Of a DNA stretch of 64,000 bases, positions 16,432 to 25,057 are shown piece by piece. Each line of letters begins with the position of its first letter. The first letter of the stretch is position 1. The stretch covers positions 1-64,000 of the IMG/VR virus record IMGVR_UViG_3300037780_000016. One strand, 5' to 3'. This DNA comes from a virus. The notes beneath the pieces were generated by a model, which was not told the origin of the DNA, did not search any database, and saw only the letters and a list, made by a program, of their open reading frames with translations. The translations under genes were made by a program, and so were the position numbers.

Positions 16432-17070
16432 ATGACCAGCGAGATATCGCACGCATTCCCCACGACCCTAGTGCCCTCCGGAGCTGAAGACGGTTCCAAG
16501 GTGCACGCCCATGTCCTGACCTGCCACCTGTGCGGCAAGTCGGACAACATCCGGTCCTCGAACAGCAAGCCGCTGCCTGAAGAGGTAGTCCGGCGGAAGT
16601 TCCAGCAGAAGGACTGGATCGTCGGGAAGAACGACAAGCGCAAGCTGGACACCTGTCCGGCCTGCATCGCCGCTGCCAAGGACAACGGGGTCATCGACAC
16701 CGTGCCCGAACCTGAAGAGACCATGCCCATGACCGCACCACGCCCCGATCCATCCCGCTCCGACCGCCGGAAAATCCGGGACGCCCTCGACGAGCACTAC
16801 ATCGAAGACAAAGGCTACGCGAAGGACATGACCGACGCGAAGCTGGCCGACCGTCTGAACGTCCCGCGTATCTGGGTCGAGGAGATGCGGGTGATGCTCT
16901 ACGGCGACGAGACCACCAACGAGGAAGCCGAACAGATCAAGGCTGAGATGGCCAAGATCAAGAAGGCTCTCGTGGAGGCGGAGACCGAAGCGTACAAAGT
17001 CCTCACCACGCTGGACGACAAAATCAAATCCTTGCAGCAGCGCATGAGCAAGCTGGAAACCAAGGTCTGA
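16432..17070 (+). CDS. Zn-finger + HTH-like + coiled-coil protein
   Basis: CHLC...CPAC; TDAKLADRLNVPRIWVEEMR; C-terminal heptads. Confidence 0.65.
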   Translation: MTSEISHAFPTTLVPSGAEDGSKVHAHVLTCHLCGKSDNIRSSNSKPLPEEVVRRKFQQKDWIVGKNDKRKLDTCPACIAAAKDNGVIDTVPEPEETMPMTAPRPDPSRSDRRKIRDALDEHYIEDKGYAKDMTDAKLADRLNVPRIWVEEMRVMLYGDETTNEEAEQIKAEMAKIKKALVEAETEAYKVLTTLDDKIKSLQQRMSKLETKV

Positions 17071-17112
17071 CGATTGAACCCGGGTGCATACCCACAACCA
17101 AGGAGAAGCCTC

Positions 17113-17409
17113 ATGGGCATTTTCAAATCCACCCCGTTCTCGACCGTGATCCGCTCGAAGAACGGCCCCTTCCGTGAGACCGGCATTTATGTCGGTCCGG
17201 ACAGCCGCTATTACGTCAAGCACTCCGGCGGCTACGTCCCGATGACTTTGGGCGGGGACACTGGCATCGTCGGCCTGACGTGGTACGGCATCTATTCTGC
17301 CGACGACGAACGCTGGGCGGCGGTCGATGGCACCCTGTCCTACCTGTACACCCCGGACACCCCGAATGCGAAGCGCAGCGTGCGCATGGTCAAGGGGATG
17401 CAGGGATGA
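17113..17409 (+). CDS. hypothetical protein
   Basis: AGGAG RBS. Confidence 0.7.
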   Translation: MGIFKSTPFSTVIRSKNGPFRETGIYVGPDSRYYVKHSGGYVPMTLGGDTGIVGLTWYGIYSADDERWAAVDGTLSYLYTPDTPNAKRSVRMVKGMQG

Positions 17410-18008
17410 ACCTCGGGGACGGTTGCTGGACATACGAATTCCACAACGGCAACTACCCCCGGTGGACCCAGAACTTCCTGAACGGGAAACTGCGTGAACA
17501 CGGGCACCTCCGACCGCTCGTGTTCATCGCAGCCGTCGGGTGGATACTCATGGGGGAGCAGACGACAGGCTGGCGTGACCGTTGCGGCGACACCCCTGAA
17601 GGTGAGTTCGCATTCCCGGAAGGGTCGATCATGCACGACGCCATGTGCAGGTTCGTGGCTGGCCTCGATCTGGACCGCTGGTACGAAGAGATCGCCCACG
17701 CTCCCCGGAGTAGAGACGAGCACCCTGACATGACCGTCGCTGCGGGCATCGAAACCGAGACCATGCGGGTGCAGGCGGCTGGTGGTCGAACAGTGACCAC
17801 CCCGGGCCGTCGGTGGGCTTGGCTTGAGATCGCGGGCGTGCGTCGTACAGTGAACCTGATGGACGGGGACATCCAGCGCCTCTTCGATCAGGCGAAGACT
17901 ATCGACACCCCCAAGGCATCTGGGGCACCGACGAACAAGATCATCAAGGCGATGAAGGCACAGCAGGACGCACTCAGTCCCCCGATACGGAGGCTCGACT
18001 TTGGCTAG
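17406..18008 (+). CDS. hypothetical protein
   Basis: ATGA coupling; ends RRLDFG. Confidence 0.7.
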   Translation: MNLGDGCWTYEFHNGNYPRWTQNFLNGKLREHGHLRPLVFIAAVGWILMGEQTTGWRDRCGDTPEGEFAFPEGSIMHDAMCRFVAGLDLDRWYEEIAHAPRSRDEHPDMTVAAGIETETMRVQAAGGRTVTTPGRRWAWLEIAGVRRTVNLMDGDIQRLFDQAKTIDTPKASGAPTNKIIKAMKAQQDALSPPIRRLDFG

Positions 18009-18684
18009 ACGACACACAGACGGTATCCCGGCGGCGAACCCTCACGAGGCGCGACGCCAGAGACGTAACGAACGAGCCGAGGGGCGCATGGCGGAAGTCG
18101 AGCGTTCCTTGGCCGAGATGGACGCCCTTGCTGAACGCGTGGTCCCGGCCCGTAACGGCTTCGACGCGATGCGCCATCTGCTCAACAGCATGGAAGTCTC
18201 GCCGCAGCAACGAAACGATATCGAAGAATACCTGAACGAACCGGTGGGAGATATCGGGGCAGAGGTCTATTCCGGTTCCCGGACTGGGCGCTTCCGCTCT
18301 GGGGGGTATGTGAACGCGCAGCAAATTCCTGCCAGTGAAATACCTCACAGCCTTAGCACCCAAGTCCACGAGGCCATGAGGCGAGCCGTCGAGCGGGAGA
18401 GCCGTATTGGGGGCGAGCTGTTTGGTGGGTCAATCCAGACACGCCATCCTCCTGTGCCCGACATCCCGGCGGTCCTCAATGTCCAAGGCGTGCCCACGCT
18501 CGAACTGGGTGACAAGGTGCGTGTCGGAGAGATCAGCGAGCCGATCCCGATCTATGCGGGCACAGGCGAGAACCGCCGTCTGGTCGGACACTGGCACCCC
18601 TTGAACCCGGGTGCAGACGAAGACCCGTACGAGCACACAGAATTATCACAGCGTGGACTTGACTTGGATGACGGCCAAGGCTAG
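18001..18684 (+). CDS. hypothetical protein
   Basis: TTG start after GGAGG; ends RGLDLDDGQG. Confidence 0.6.
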   Translation: MARRHTDGIPAANPHEARRQRRNERAEGRMAEVERSLAEMDALAERVVPARNGFDAMRHLLNSMEVSPQQRNDIEEYLNEPVGDIGAEVYSGSRTGRFRSGGYVNAQQIPASEIPHSLSTQVHEAMRRAVERESRIGGELFGGSIQTRHPPVPDIPAVLNVQGVPTLELGDKVRVGEISEPIPIYAGTGENRRLVGHWHPLNPGADEDPYEHTELSQRGLDLDDGQG

Positions 18685-18713
18685 TATCAGAATGTAAGGC
18701 AAACGAAGAGGGA
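18659..18713 (+). promoter_or_regulatory. early promoter/leader cassette
   Basis: TTGACT-N17-TAGTAT-CAGAATGTAAGGCAAA. Confidence 0.75.
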
Positions 18714-18718
18714 AGCCG

Positions 18719-19390
18719 ATGGGAGAATTCCGTACCATGAAAGATGTGCCCATGCCGGGACGCATCGCCAAGCTGCCGACCGACAAGCGTGGTCTGCCGA
18801 TCCCTGTGATCGTCATGCGGGACATCGACGGTCGTCCGCACTTCACGGTCAACGATACCGCCATGGTGTCCAAGGTGATCGCGGAGAAGCGCTGCTCGAT
18901 CTGTGGCGGGAAGCTGGAACGCACCGCGTGGTTCGTGGGAGGCATCCTGTCCGCCATGCACCCGAACGGGGCGTATATCGACCCCCCGGCGCACAAGGAC
19001 TGCGCCACCTACGCCCTGAAGGTCTGCCCTTTCCTTGCCATCCGCCCGTACTCGAAGCGGATCGACACGAAGACCATCGACCCGAAGAAGCTGCCCATCC
19101 ACATGAAGCTCTTCGCGGACAACTCGCAAGACCCCGATCAGCCGGACGTGTTCGTGCTCGCGGAGACCAGCAAGTATTGGCTCCACACCCCGGACCCGGC
19201 TCAGCCGATCAACCGATACCTGATCCCCAAGCGCCCGTGGAAGACGGTGCAGTATTGGCGGGAAGGCAAGCAAATCACCGAGGCACAGGCACGTACTCTT
19301 CTGAGCCTTGGTGTTGACGGGCGCTCTCGCCCGGGCATCAAGAAAGAGTACAGCGAAATCGACTTCAAGAACGAGATGGCCAATGAGTAG
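18719..19390 (+). CDS. Cys/His-containing phage protein of unknown function
   Basis: RGLPIP...CSICG...DPPAHKDCATYALKVCPFL. Confidence 0.75.
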   Translation: MGEFRTMKDVPMPGRIAKLPTDKRGLPIPVIVMRDIDGRPHFTVNDTAMVSKVIAEKRCSICGGKLERTAWFVGGILSAMHPNGAYIDPPAHKDCATYALKVCPFLAIRPYSKRIDTKTIDPKKLPIHMKLFADNSQDPDQPDVFVLAETSKYWLHTPDPAQPINRYLIPKRPWKTVQYWREGKQITEAQARTLLSLGVDGRSRPGIKKEYSEIDFKNEMANE

Positions 19391-19691
19391 CAACATCCCC
19401 GCAGCCCGTGAGCGCATCGAGCGCTTGATTGCCGACCTTCGGGCAGGCACCCGTATCACCCCGACCGAAGCCGCTGACATTCTGGAAGACGAAGTCCTCC
19501 CGAAGATGACGCGGGACTTCAAAGGCCGGGTCTCTGTCCAGTCCAACCCGGTCACGGCCAGCCTCCGCGACAGTGTGTTGGCCCGCCGACTGGCGTTCCC
19601 GGATGAGCCCATTCAGACCACGGCCCAGCATTTCGGCTTGAACTCTGGCCGGGTCTCTGAAATCATCGCGGGCGATTACAGCGACCTCTAG
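19383..19691 (+). CDS. HTH domain protein
   Basis: IQTTAQHFGLNSGRVSEII. Confidence 0.6.
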   Translation: MSSNIPAARERIERLIADLRAGTRITPTEAADILEDEVLPKMTRDFKGRVSVQSNPVTASLRDSVLARRLAFPDEPIQTTAQHFGLNSGRVSEIIAGDYSDL

Positions 19692-19775
19692 GTCAATAGA
19701 ACCCGCCGCTCACGCTGAACAGGGCGCGTGACGGATAAGGGACCAAGCCCTGTCTTTGAGCCAATGGAGAGTGAA

Positions 19776-20087
19776 ATGGTGAAAGAACGTTTCTTCATCC
19801 TCGCGTCCATGGCGATCTCGATGCTGATGTTCGCGACCCTGCCGTCGCAAGCTGAGGCACTGGACTTCGAGCGAAGTATCGCGGTGACGGCTGACGTCGC
19901 CCCGGATTACCCGTTCGATCTTCTGGACGTGCGTGCCGACGCCGATGTGGTGGTCGAGCGCTTCACGGCCTACAGTACCGAGGGCGGTGAAGCCCTCTTC
20001 GAGACCGCCGACGTTTCTGCCCCTCAGCCGGTCCGCCTGACCAATGTTCAGGCCCGTGCGCCGCCGGGTTTCCATATGCTCTGTTAG
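19776..20087 (+). CDS. putative secreted protein
   Basis: Signal peptide ending AEA; GGAG RBS. Confidence 0.55.
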   Translation: MVKERFFILASMAISMLMFATLPSQAEALDFERSIAVTADVAPDYPFDLLDVRADADVVVERFTAYSTEGGEALFETADVSAPQPVRLTNVQARAPPGFHMLC

Positions 20088-20120
20088 CGAGCCACAGCTC
20101 ACGAACACAACCCCTCTTGC

Positions 20121-20156
20121 GGCCCCTGTCATTCACATGGCGGGGGTCGTTTTTAT
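20121..20156 (+). terminator. intrinsic terminator
   Basis: GGCCCCTGTCAT-TCAC-ATGGCGGGGGTC then GTTTTT. Confidence 0.55.
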
Positions 20157-20249
20157 AAACGATCCGCATGTCAAGCGAAAAGGGAGGTTGAACCCGGGTG
20201 CACGCCATGCAACTGATAAGCCAGTTAGTGAGACCCGAGGAGGTGGACT

Positions 20250-20966
20250 GTGAGCAAGCGGACTGCAAAAGGTAAGAGCAACGGACACAAGATCACACCT
20301 CTCTCGCCCCTCACTAACGCTCAATCCGACCTGATTGCTGCCATCCACGAAGCCATCACGACCGTCGTCTTCGGACCGGCGGGCACGGGTAAGACCTACG
20401 TCGCGGCCTGCAAGGCTGCTGAGATGGTCTACGACGGCGAGATCGACAGGATCATCCTCTCCCGCCCCAACGTATCTGCCGGTCGCCCGCTGGGTTTCCG
20501 CCCGGGCTCCGAGGAAGAGAAGATGGCAGACTGGGTTGTTCCCCTCATGGACGCGATCAAGACCCATATGGGCGGCGGCTGGTGGGGCGAGAACAAGAAG
20601 AAAATCCAAGTGATCCCCTTCGAGACCATGCGCGGTCGCTCCTTCAAGGACGCATTCGTCATTCTGGACGAGGCGCAGAACACCTCCCCGGCTGAAATGA
20701 AGATGTTCCTGACCCGTATCGGGGAAGGCTCCAAGGTCGTGGTGAACGGCGACATCATGCAGAAGGACATCCGGACCGGGTCTGGGCTCGAACATATGCT
20801 CGGGCTCATCGAAAAATACGACCTTCCGGTGCCGGTGATCGAGTTTGATATCAACGACATCGTCCGTTCGGGGCATTGTGCCATGTGGATCAAGGCGTTC
20901 GAGGGGGTCCAACCTGACCTGCCTGAGCAGGCGTTTCCGGCATTCCTGAAGGCCGACGCCGCATAA
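20250..20966 (+). CDS. phoH: PhoH-family ATPase
   Basis: GPAGTGKT, ILSRP, LGFRPG, MRGRSF, ILDEAQN, GDIMQKD, DIVRS. Confidence 0.92.
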   Translation: MSKRTAKGKSNGHKITPLSPLTNAQSDLIAAIHEAITTVVFGPAGTGKTYVAACKAAEMVYDGEIDRIILSRPNVSAGRPLGFRPGSEEEKMADWVVPLMDAIKTHMGGGWWGENKKKIQVIPFETMRGRSFKDAFVILDEAQNTSPAEMKMFLTRIGEGSKVVVNGDIMQKDIRTGSGLEHMLGLIEKYDLPVPVIEFDINDIVRSGHCAMWIKAFEGVQPDLPEQAFPAFLKADAA

Positions 20967-21076
20967 AAACGCTGAACCCGGGTGCAAATAGGGTTGCCAG
21001 CCGTTTATGCTTGTGTGTATTTTCGCCTCATCAGCCGGGCACTAACGGCGCAGCAGAGCGACTTGGAGACACCAGC

Positions 21077-21886
21077 ATGACCGCGAAGGTTTCGTTCGAG
21101 CATATCAAACCGGGGGACATTGTACCCTATGACAACAACCCCCGTGACAACGAAGCCGCCATCGAAGCGGTCCGTAACTCCATCGAAGAGTTCGGCTTTT
21201 TGGTCCCCGTGGTCGTTGACGACGACAACGTACTGGTCGCGGGCCACACCCGCCTTGAGGCCATCACCCGCATCCTGAAGGATGATCCGACCAAGACGGA
21301 CATCTACGAGACCATCCCCGCGATCCGTGCCCGTCACCTGACGAAAGAGCAGATCGACACCTTCCGCATCGTCGATAACAAGACTTCCGAACTGGCGGAC
21401 TGGGACTTCGACAAGCTGGCCACCGAGATCGCTGCCCTCACCAAGTCCGGCATCGACATGGTGCAGTTCGGCTGGAAGCAGGAAGAGCTGGACTGCCTGT
21501 CCAACGTGGTCGCTCTCGACTGTCTCGGTGATGGTGCTCTGGCCGGGCTGGCTGACGCTGACGACGCCACCTCTGGCCAGACCAACGCAACCCCGGACGG
21601 CATCAACACCGCCCATGGTGGCGGCTACGAAAACGGCAAGACCCGTGACGGCCTCTCTGCCCGCATCGCCTTCGGCGGCATGCTGGGCTTCTTCGTACTC
21701 ACCGAGGACTTCGACCACTGGTGGGACGAGCAGATGAAGGCCAACGACTACAACCCCGAGAAGACCCTCGAAAGCCTCGCTGAAAAGCTGGGCCTGAAGG
21801 AAGCCTACGACCGCCGCAAGGAGATGGTCTCGGCTCAGGACACCGAGGACGAGGGCGAGAAAGCCACGGAGAGCAACGCCGCCTAA
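21077..21886 (+). CDS. ParB/Srx N-terminal domain protein
   Basis: PYDNNPRDN...SIEEFGFLVPVVVD...AGHTRLEA...FRIVDNKTSE. Confidence 0.85.
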   Translation: MTAKVSFEHIKPGDIVPYDNNPRDNEAAIEAVRNSIEEFGFLVPVVVDDDNVLVAGHTRLEAITRILKDDPTKTDIYETIPAIRARHLTKEQIDTFRIVDNKTSELADWDFDKLATEIAALTKSGIDMVQFGWKQEELDCLSNVVALDCLGDGALAGLADADDATSGQTNATPDGINTAHGGGYENGKTRDGLSARIAFGGMLGFFVLTEDFDHWWDEQMKANDYNPEKTLESLAEKLGLKEAYDRRKEMVSAQDTEDEGEKATESNAA

Positions 21887-21913
21887 CCACGTTCAAGATC
21901 GGAGGCATCTGCC

Positions 21914-23506
21914 ATGGCGGAAGCAAAACTCATCTCCCTCGCCGACCTCGAACCTGCGGCGTACAACCCCCGAGAAGCCGACACGGAACGCCTCCGTCTG
22001 CTGGGTATGTCCCTGCGGAAGCTCGGCTTCATCCTGCCCCTGTACGCGGACCCCGATGGTCGGCTCCTGTCCGGGCACCAACGCCTGTTGACGGCGACCA
22101 ATCTGAACTGCACCCATGCGCCGGTCATGGAGATCAACCCCGAGGGCTCCCATGGTGAGACCGCGAAGACGCTGAACGTGATCTTCAACCGGGCGACCAA
22201 TGACATGGCCGGGACAGAGGACAGCCAGCAGCTCCTGAAGAAGCTCGGCCTGTACGACCTCCAAGCGAAGCTGGACGCGGTGCCGGACAAGGACGTGACC
22301 AGCGACGAGTTCTTCCGCTGCGTGAACCCCGAGATGGTCCCGCTGGCTGATCTGAAGGACGGGCTGACCCGGACCTACGACATGGGCGCGGTCTCTATGG
22401 CCACGAAGCTGTTCCGCCGGGGTGTCAAGATGAACGCCGTGGTGAACCGGGACACTGGCGAGATCGTGAACGGGAACTTCCGTATCATGGCTGCCATGGA
22501 GAACGCGGGCAAAATCCAAGGGCTCGATCCGTACCCGGTCGTCTACATCTCGAACGAGGAAGCTGAGCTGGCCGGGCTCCTCCTGAACATGATCAGCATG
22601 CGGTTCACGCTGGAAAAGCAGTACGCGGACGATCTGCGTTTCGGCTCCTTCCGCCGGACGACGCTGGTGGTGGAAGACCTGACGCTGGCCATGCGTGCGT
22701 GGGTGGACGGGGCTGCGAAGAGCGCCCACGAAAGCCTCGCCAATCCGATGAAGTTCTGGTCGAAGTTCCGCAAGATGTACGGCAACTCCGTACTGGACTT
22801 CGGGGCCGGACAACGCCGCCAAGGTCGCATCTTCGAGCAGAAGGGCATCCGTGCAACGGAATGGGAGCCCTACCCCTGTGACGTGCACCGGGAAATCCCG
22901 GGCTCCGACAGCACCCGCCCGAACCTTCAACTGGCCCGACAGGTCACAGATACGTTTCTGGAAGACGTCCGCAATGGGGTCGCGTGGGATGGCATCTTCC
23001 TGAGCGCCGTACTGAACTCTGTGCCCTTCCTCCGCGACCGGCTGATCGTCCTGACCGTGGTGCATTCGCTCTGCCACCTGCACACGAAAGTCGCGGGCAC
23101 CTGCCGGGACGCCCGGTACAAGGACGGGACGAAGCGCCTGAACCGGGTGCGCCAAGACGGCAAGATCGCCACCGCCGTATCGGTGTTCGACCTCGACTAC
23201 GAGGAGGACGTCGTGATCGGCGACATCAACCGGGCTCCCAAGGTGCAGAAGTACGAGCACCCCGAGGGCATGCGGGCGATGATGCACCCCTTCTTCGAGA
23301 CGGTCGAAATCAAAGCTGGGCAGGGCAAACTCCTGTTCCAGTGCCAGCACCCGAAGCGTGTGAACCTGTCCCTGTTGAAGACTGCTCTCCTGCACGAGTT
23401 CAATCTGCCCTATCCGGACGGGGAAAGCCTCGACCGGGGACAGCAGGCTCTGGACGCGTGGGGCGAACGTCTCGGCGTGGACTTCTCCAAGATTGAGGAA
23501 GCATAA
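21914..23506 (+). CDS. tandem ParB-like domains fused to a SAM-dependent (amino-type) DNA methyltransferase-like domain
   Basis: YNPR...GFILP...SGHQR; second unit EIVNGNFR; motif I VLDFGAG; strand-4 motif FLSAVLNSVPF. Confidence 0.75.
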   Translation: MAEAKLISLADLEPAAYNPREADTERLRLLGMSLRKLGFILPLYADPDGRLLSGHQRLLTATNLNCTHAPVMEINPEGSHGETAKTLNVIFNRATNDMAGTEDSQQLLKKLGLYDLQAKLDAVPDKDVTSDEFFRCVNPEMVPLADLKDGLTRTYDMGAVSMATKLFRRGVKMNAVVNRDTGEIVNGNFRIMAAMENAGKIQGLDPYPVVYISNEEAELAGLLLNMISMRFTLEKQYADDLRFGSFRRTTLVVEDLTLAMRAWVDGAAKSAHESLANPMKFWSKFRKMYGNSVLDFGAGQRRQGRIFEQKGIRATEWEPYPCDVHREIPGSDSTRPNLQLARQVTDTFLEDVRNGVAWDGIFLSAVLNSVPFLRDRLIVLTVVHSLCHLHTKVAGTCRDARYKDGTKRLNRVRQDGKIATAVSVFDLDYEEDVVIGDINRAPKVQKYEHPEGMRAMMHPFFETVEIKAGQGKLLFQCQHPKRVNLSLLKTALLHEFNLPYPDGESLDRGQQALDAWGERLGVDFSKIEEA

Positions 23507-23508
23507 GA

Positions 23509-24234
23509 ATGGAAAACCACGACCCCCACTTCCCGAAGAGCAACTTTGCCTTCGACGAGACCGTCGCCCCGATCTTCGACAGCATGGCTGCTCGTTCGAT
23601 CCCGGGGTACGCGCTGGCACATCAGCACATCACCGAATACATGAGCGTCGCTGACCTGACCCCGTTCGACGCGGTCTGGGACTTCGGGTGCTCGACCGGG
23701 GCGGGGCTGGTCGCTGCACGTAAAGGTGCTGGCCAGACCCCGTTGCGCTATATCGGTGTCGATCCCTCTCAGCCGATGCTGGACATCGTCAAGGAGCGCT
23801 ATCCGTGGGTGCAGACGATCCAAGGTGAGCTGCCCCGGGCAGAAGCCTTCCCGTGGTCGGACATGCAGACGTTCGGCTCCGCCACGGCCTGCATCTTTGC
23901 CTACACGCTCCAATTCATGCCGAACCCTGACGACCGCCGGAAGATGCTGCAACAGGCATACGCGGCTCTTCAGCCCGGCGGCATGCTGTTCGTGTTCGAG
24001 AAGTGGAAGATCGACGGCATCTTCGAGGACATCGAAAACCAGCGCTATTGGAAGTGGCGTATGGACAACGGCTACACCGGTCACGAGATCGAGCACAAAA
24101 CCGAAGCGCTCAAGGGGTCCATGTGGCCGTGGCGCGAGACTGACCTGACCGATGCCCTCCAAGCGGCGGGCTTCACGAGGATCAACCAACTGTATCGCCA
24201 GTTCATGTTTGGCGGATACGTAGCAGTGAAGTGA
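23509..24234 (+). CDS. cmoA: CmoA-like carboxy-S-adenosyl-L-methionine synthase
   Basis: FAFDETVAPIFDSMAARSIPGY, DFGCSTG, YTLQF, LQPGGMLFVFEK, NGY..EI..K, AGF..LYRQFMFGG track CmoA end to end. Confidence 0.8.
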   Translation: MENHDPHFPKSNFAFDETVAPIFDSMAARSIPGYALAHQHITEYMSVADLTPFDAVWDFGCSTGAGLVAARKGAGQTPLRYIGVDPSQPMLDIVKERYPWVQTIQGELPRAEAFPWSDMQTFGSATACIFAYTLQFMPNPDDRRKMLQQAYAALQPGGMLFVFEKWKIDGIFEDIENQRYWKWRMDNGYTGHEIEHKTEALKGSMWPWRETDLTDALQAAGFTRINQLYRQFMFGGYVAVK

Positions 24235-24244
24235 ACCCGGGTTC

Positions 24245-25057
24245 ATGACAACGGAGAACGGTAGTCCACGTCCAAGGTGGCGACCGCGACCCGGAACACA
24301 GCCTTCTAGCCCGCTGTCGCCCGATGATCGCAGACGCTTCCTTGAGATGGCCAACAGCTCAGACCCTGTCGTGTCGGAGACCGGGAGAGCTGTGCTTGAA
24401 GGCCGTCCCCCGGACCACCGTAATCTGTTGTCCACCACCCCGGCTGAAGTCCTCGGCCCTGACCCGGTCGCCGAAGCGAACGCAGAACGCGCCCTAGCGA
24501 CGGCGGAAGAAAACCCCGGGCGTGCTCTGTCCCCGTCGGGCGGCAAGGAAGCCAAGCTCCGTATGCTCGCCATGCTGGAACCGGCTCGCCTGTCCGATGA
24601 AGCGGTCGCGAACCAGCTCGGGGTCAGCATAAACACGCTGAGGAACTATTACGTCGAACTGCGACGCCGACGCCGTGAGAAGCTGGCCTACACCGATCCG
24701 CAACAGATGGTCGCCGACCTCCTGATGCCGCTCGGGAATATCATGGCCGGTGTACAGCGCGACCTGATCAACCTGCCGTCCAATGCGACCAACGCGGAGA
24801 AGACAGCCCTCCGCCGTCTGGTGCTGGAAACGCAGCAGCGCATGGTGTCTACGCTCCTGAACTCCAAATACTTCGACTTCGCCCCGCTCATCGTGCAGAG
24901 CGATATCGAGGAGAGCGCCGGTACGGACATGGCGAAGATCGACCGCCTCTTGGCTATCGCTGTGCGTGACGACGTCGAGAGCGAGGAGGACTTCAAGGAG
25001 AAGCTGGGCGAACTGGAAACCTCCACTCTCGAAGAGCGTGAGAAGGGGCTGTTCTGA
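24245..25057 (+). CDS. putative terminase small subunit
   Basis: HTH-like AVANQLGVSINTLRNY, helical; coupled directly upstream of TerL. Confidence 0.55.
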   Translation: MTTENGSPRPRWRPRPGTQPSSPLSPDDRRRFLEMANSSDPVVSETGRAVLEGRPPDHRNLLSTTPAEVLGPDPVAEANAERALATAEENPGRALSPSGGKEAKLRMLAMLEPARLSDEAVANQLGVSINTLRNYYVELRRRRREKLAYTDPQQMVADLLMPLGNIMAGVQRDLINLPSNATNAEKTALRRLVLETQQRMVSTLLNSKYFDFAPLIVQSDIEESAGTDMAKIDRLLAIAVRDDVESEEDFKEKLGELETSTLEEREKGLF

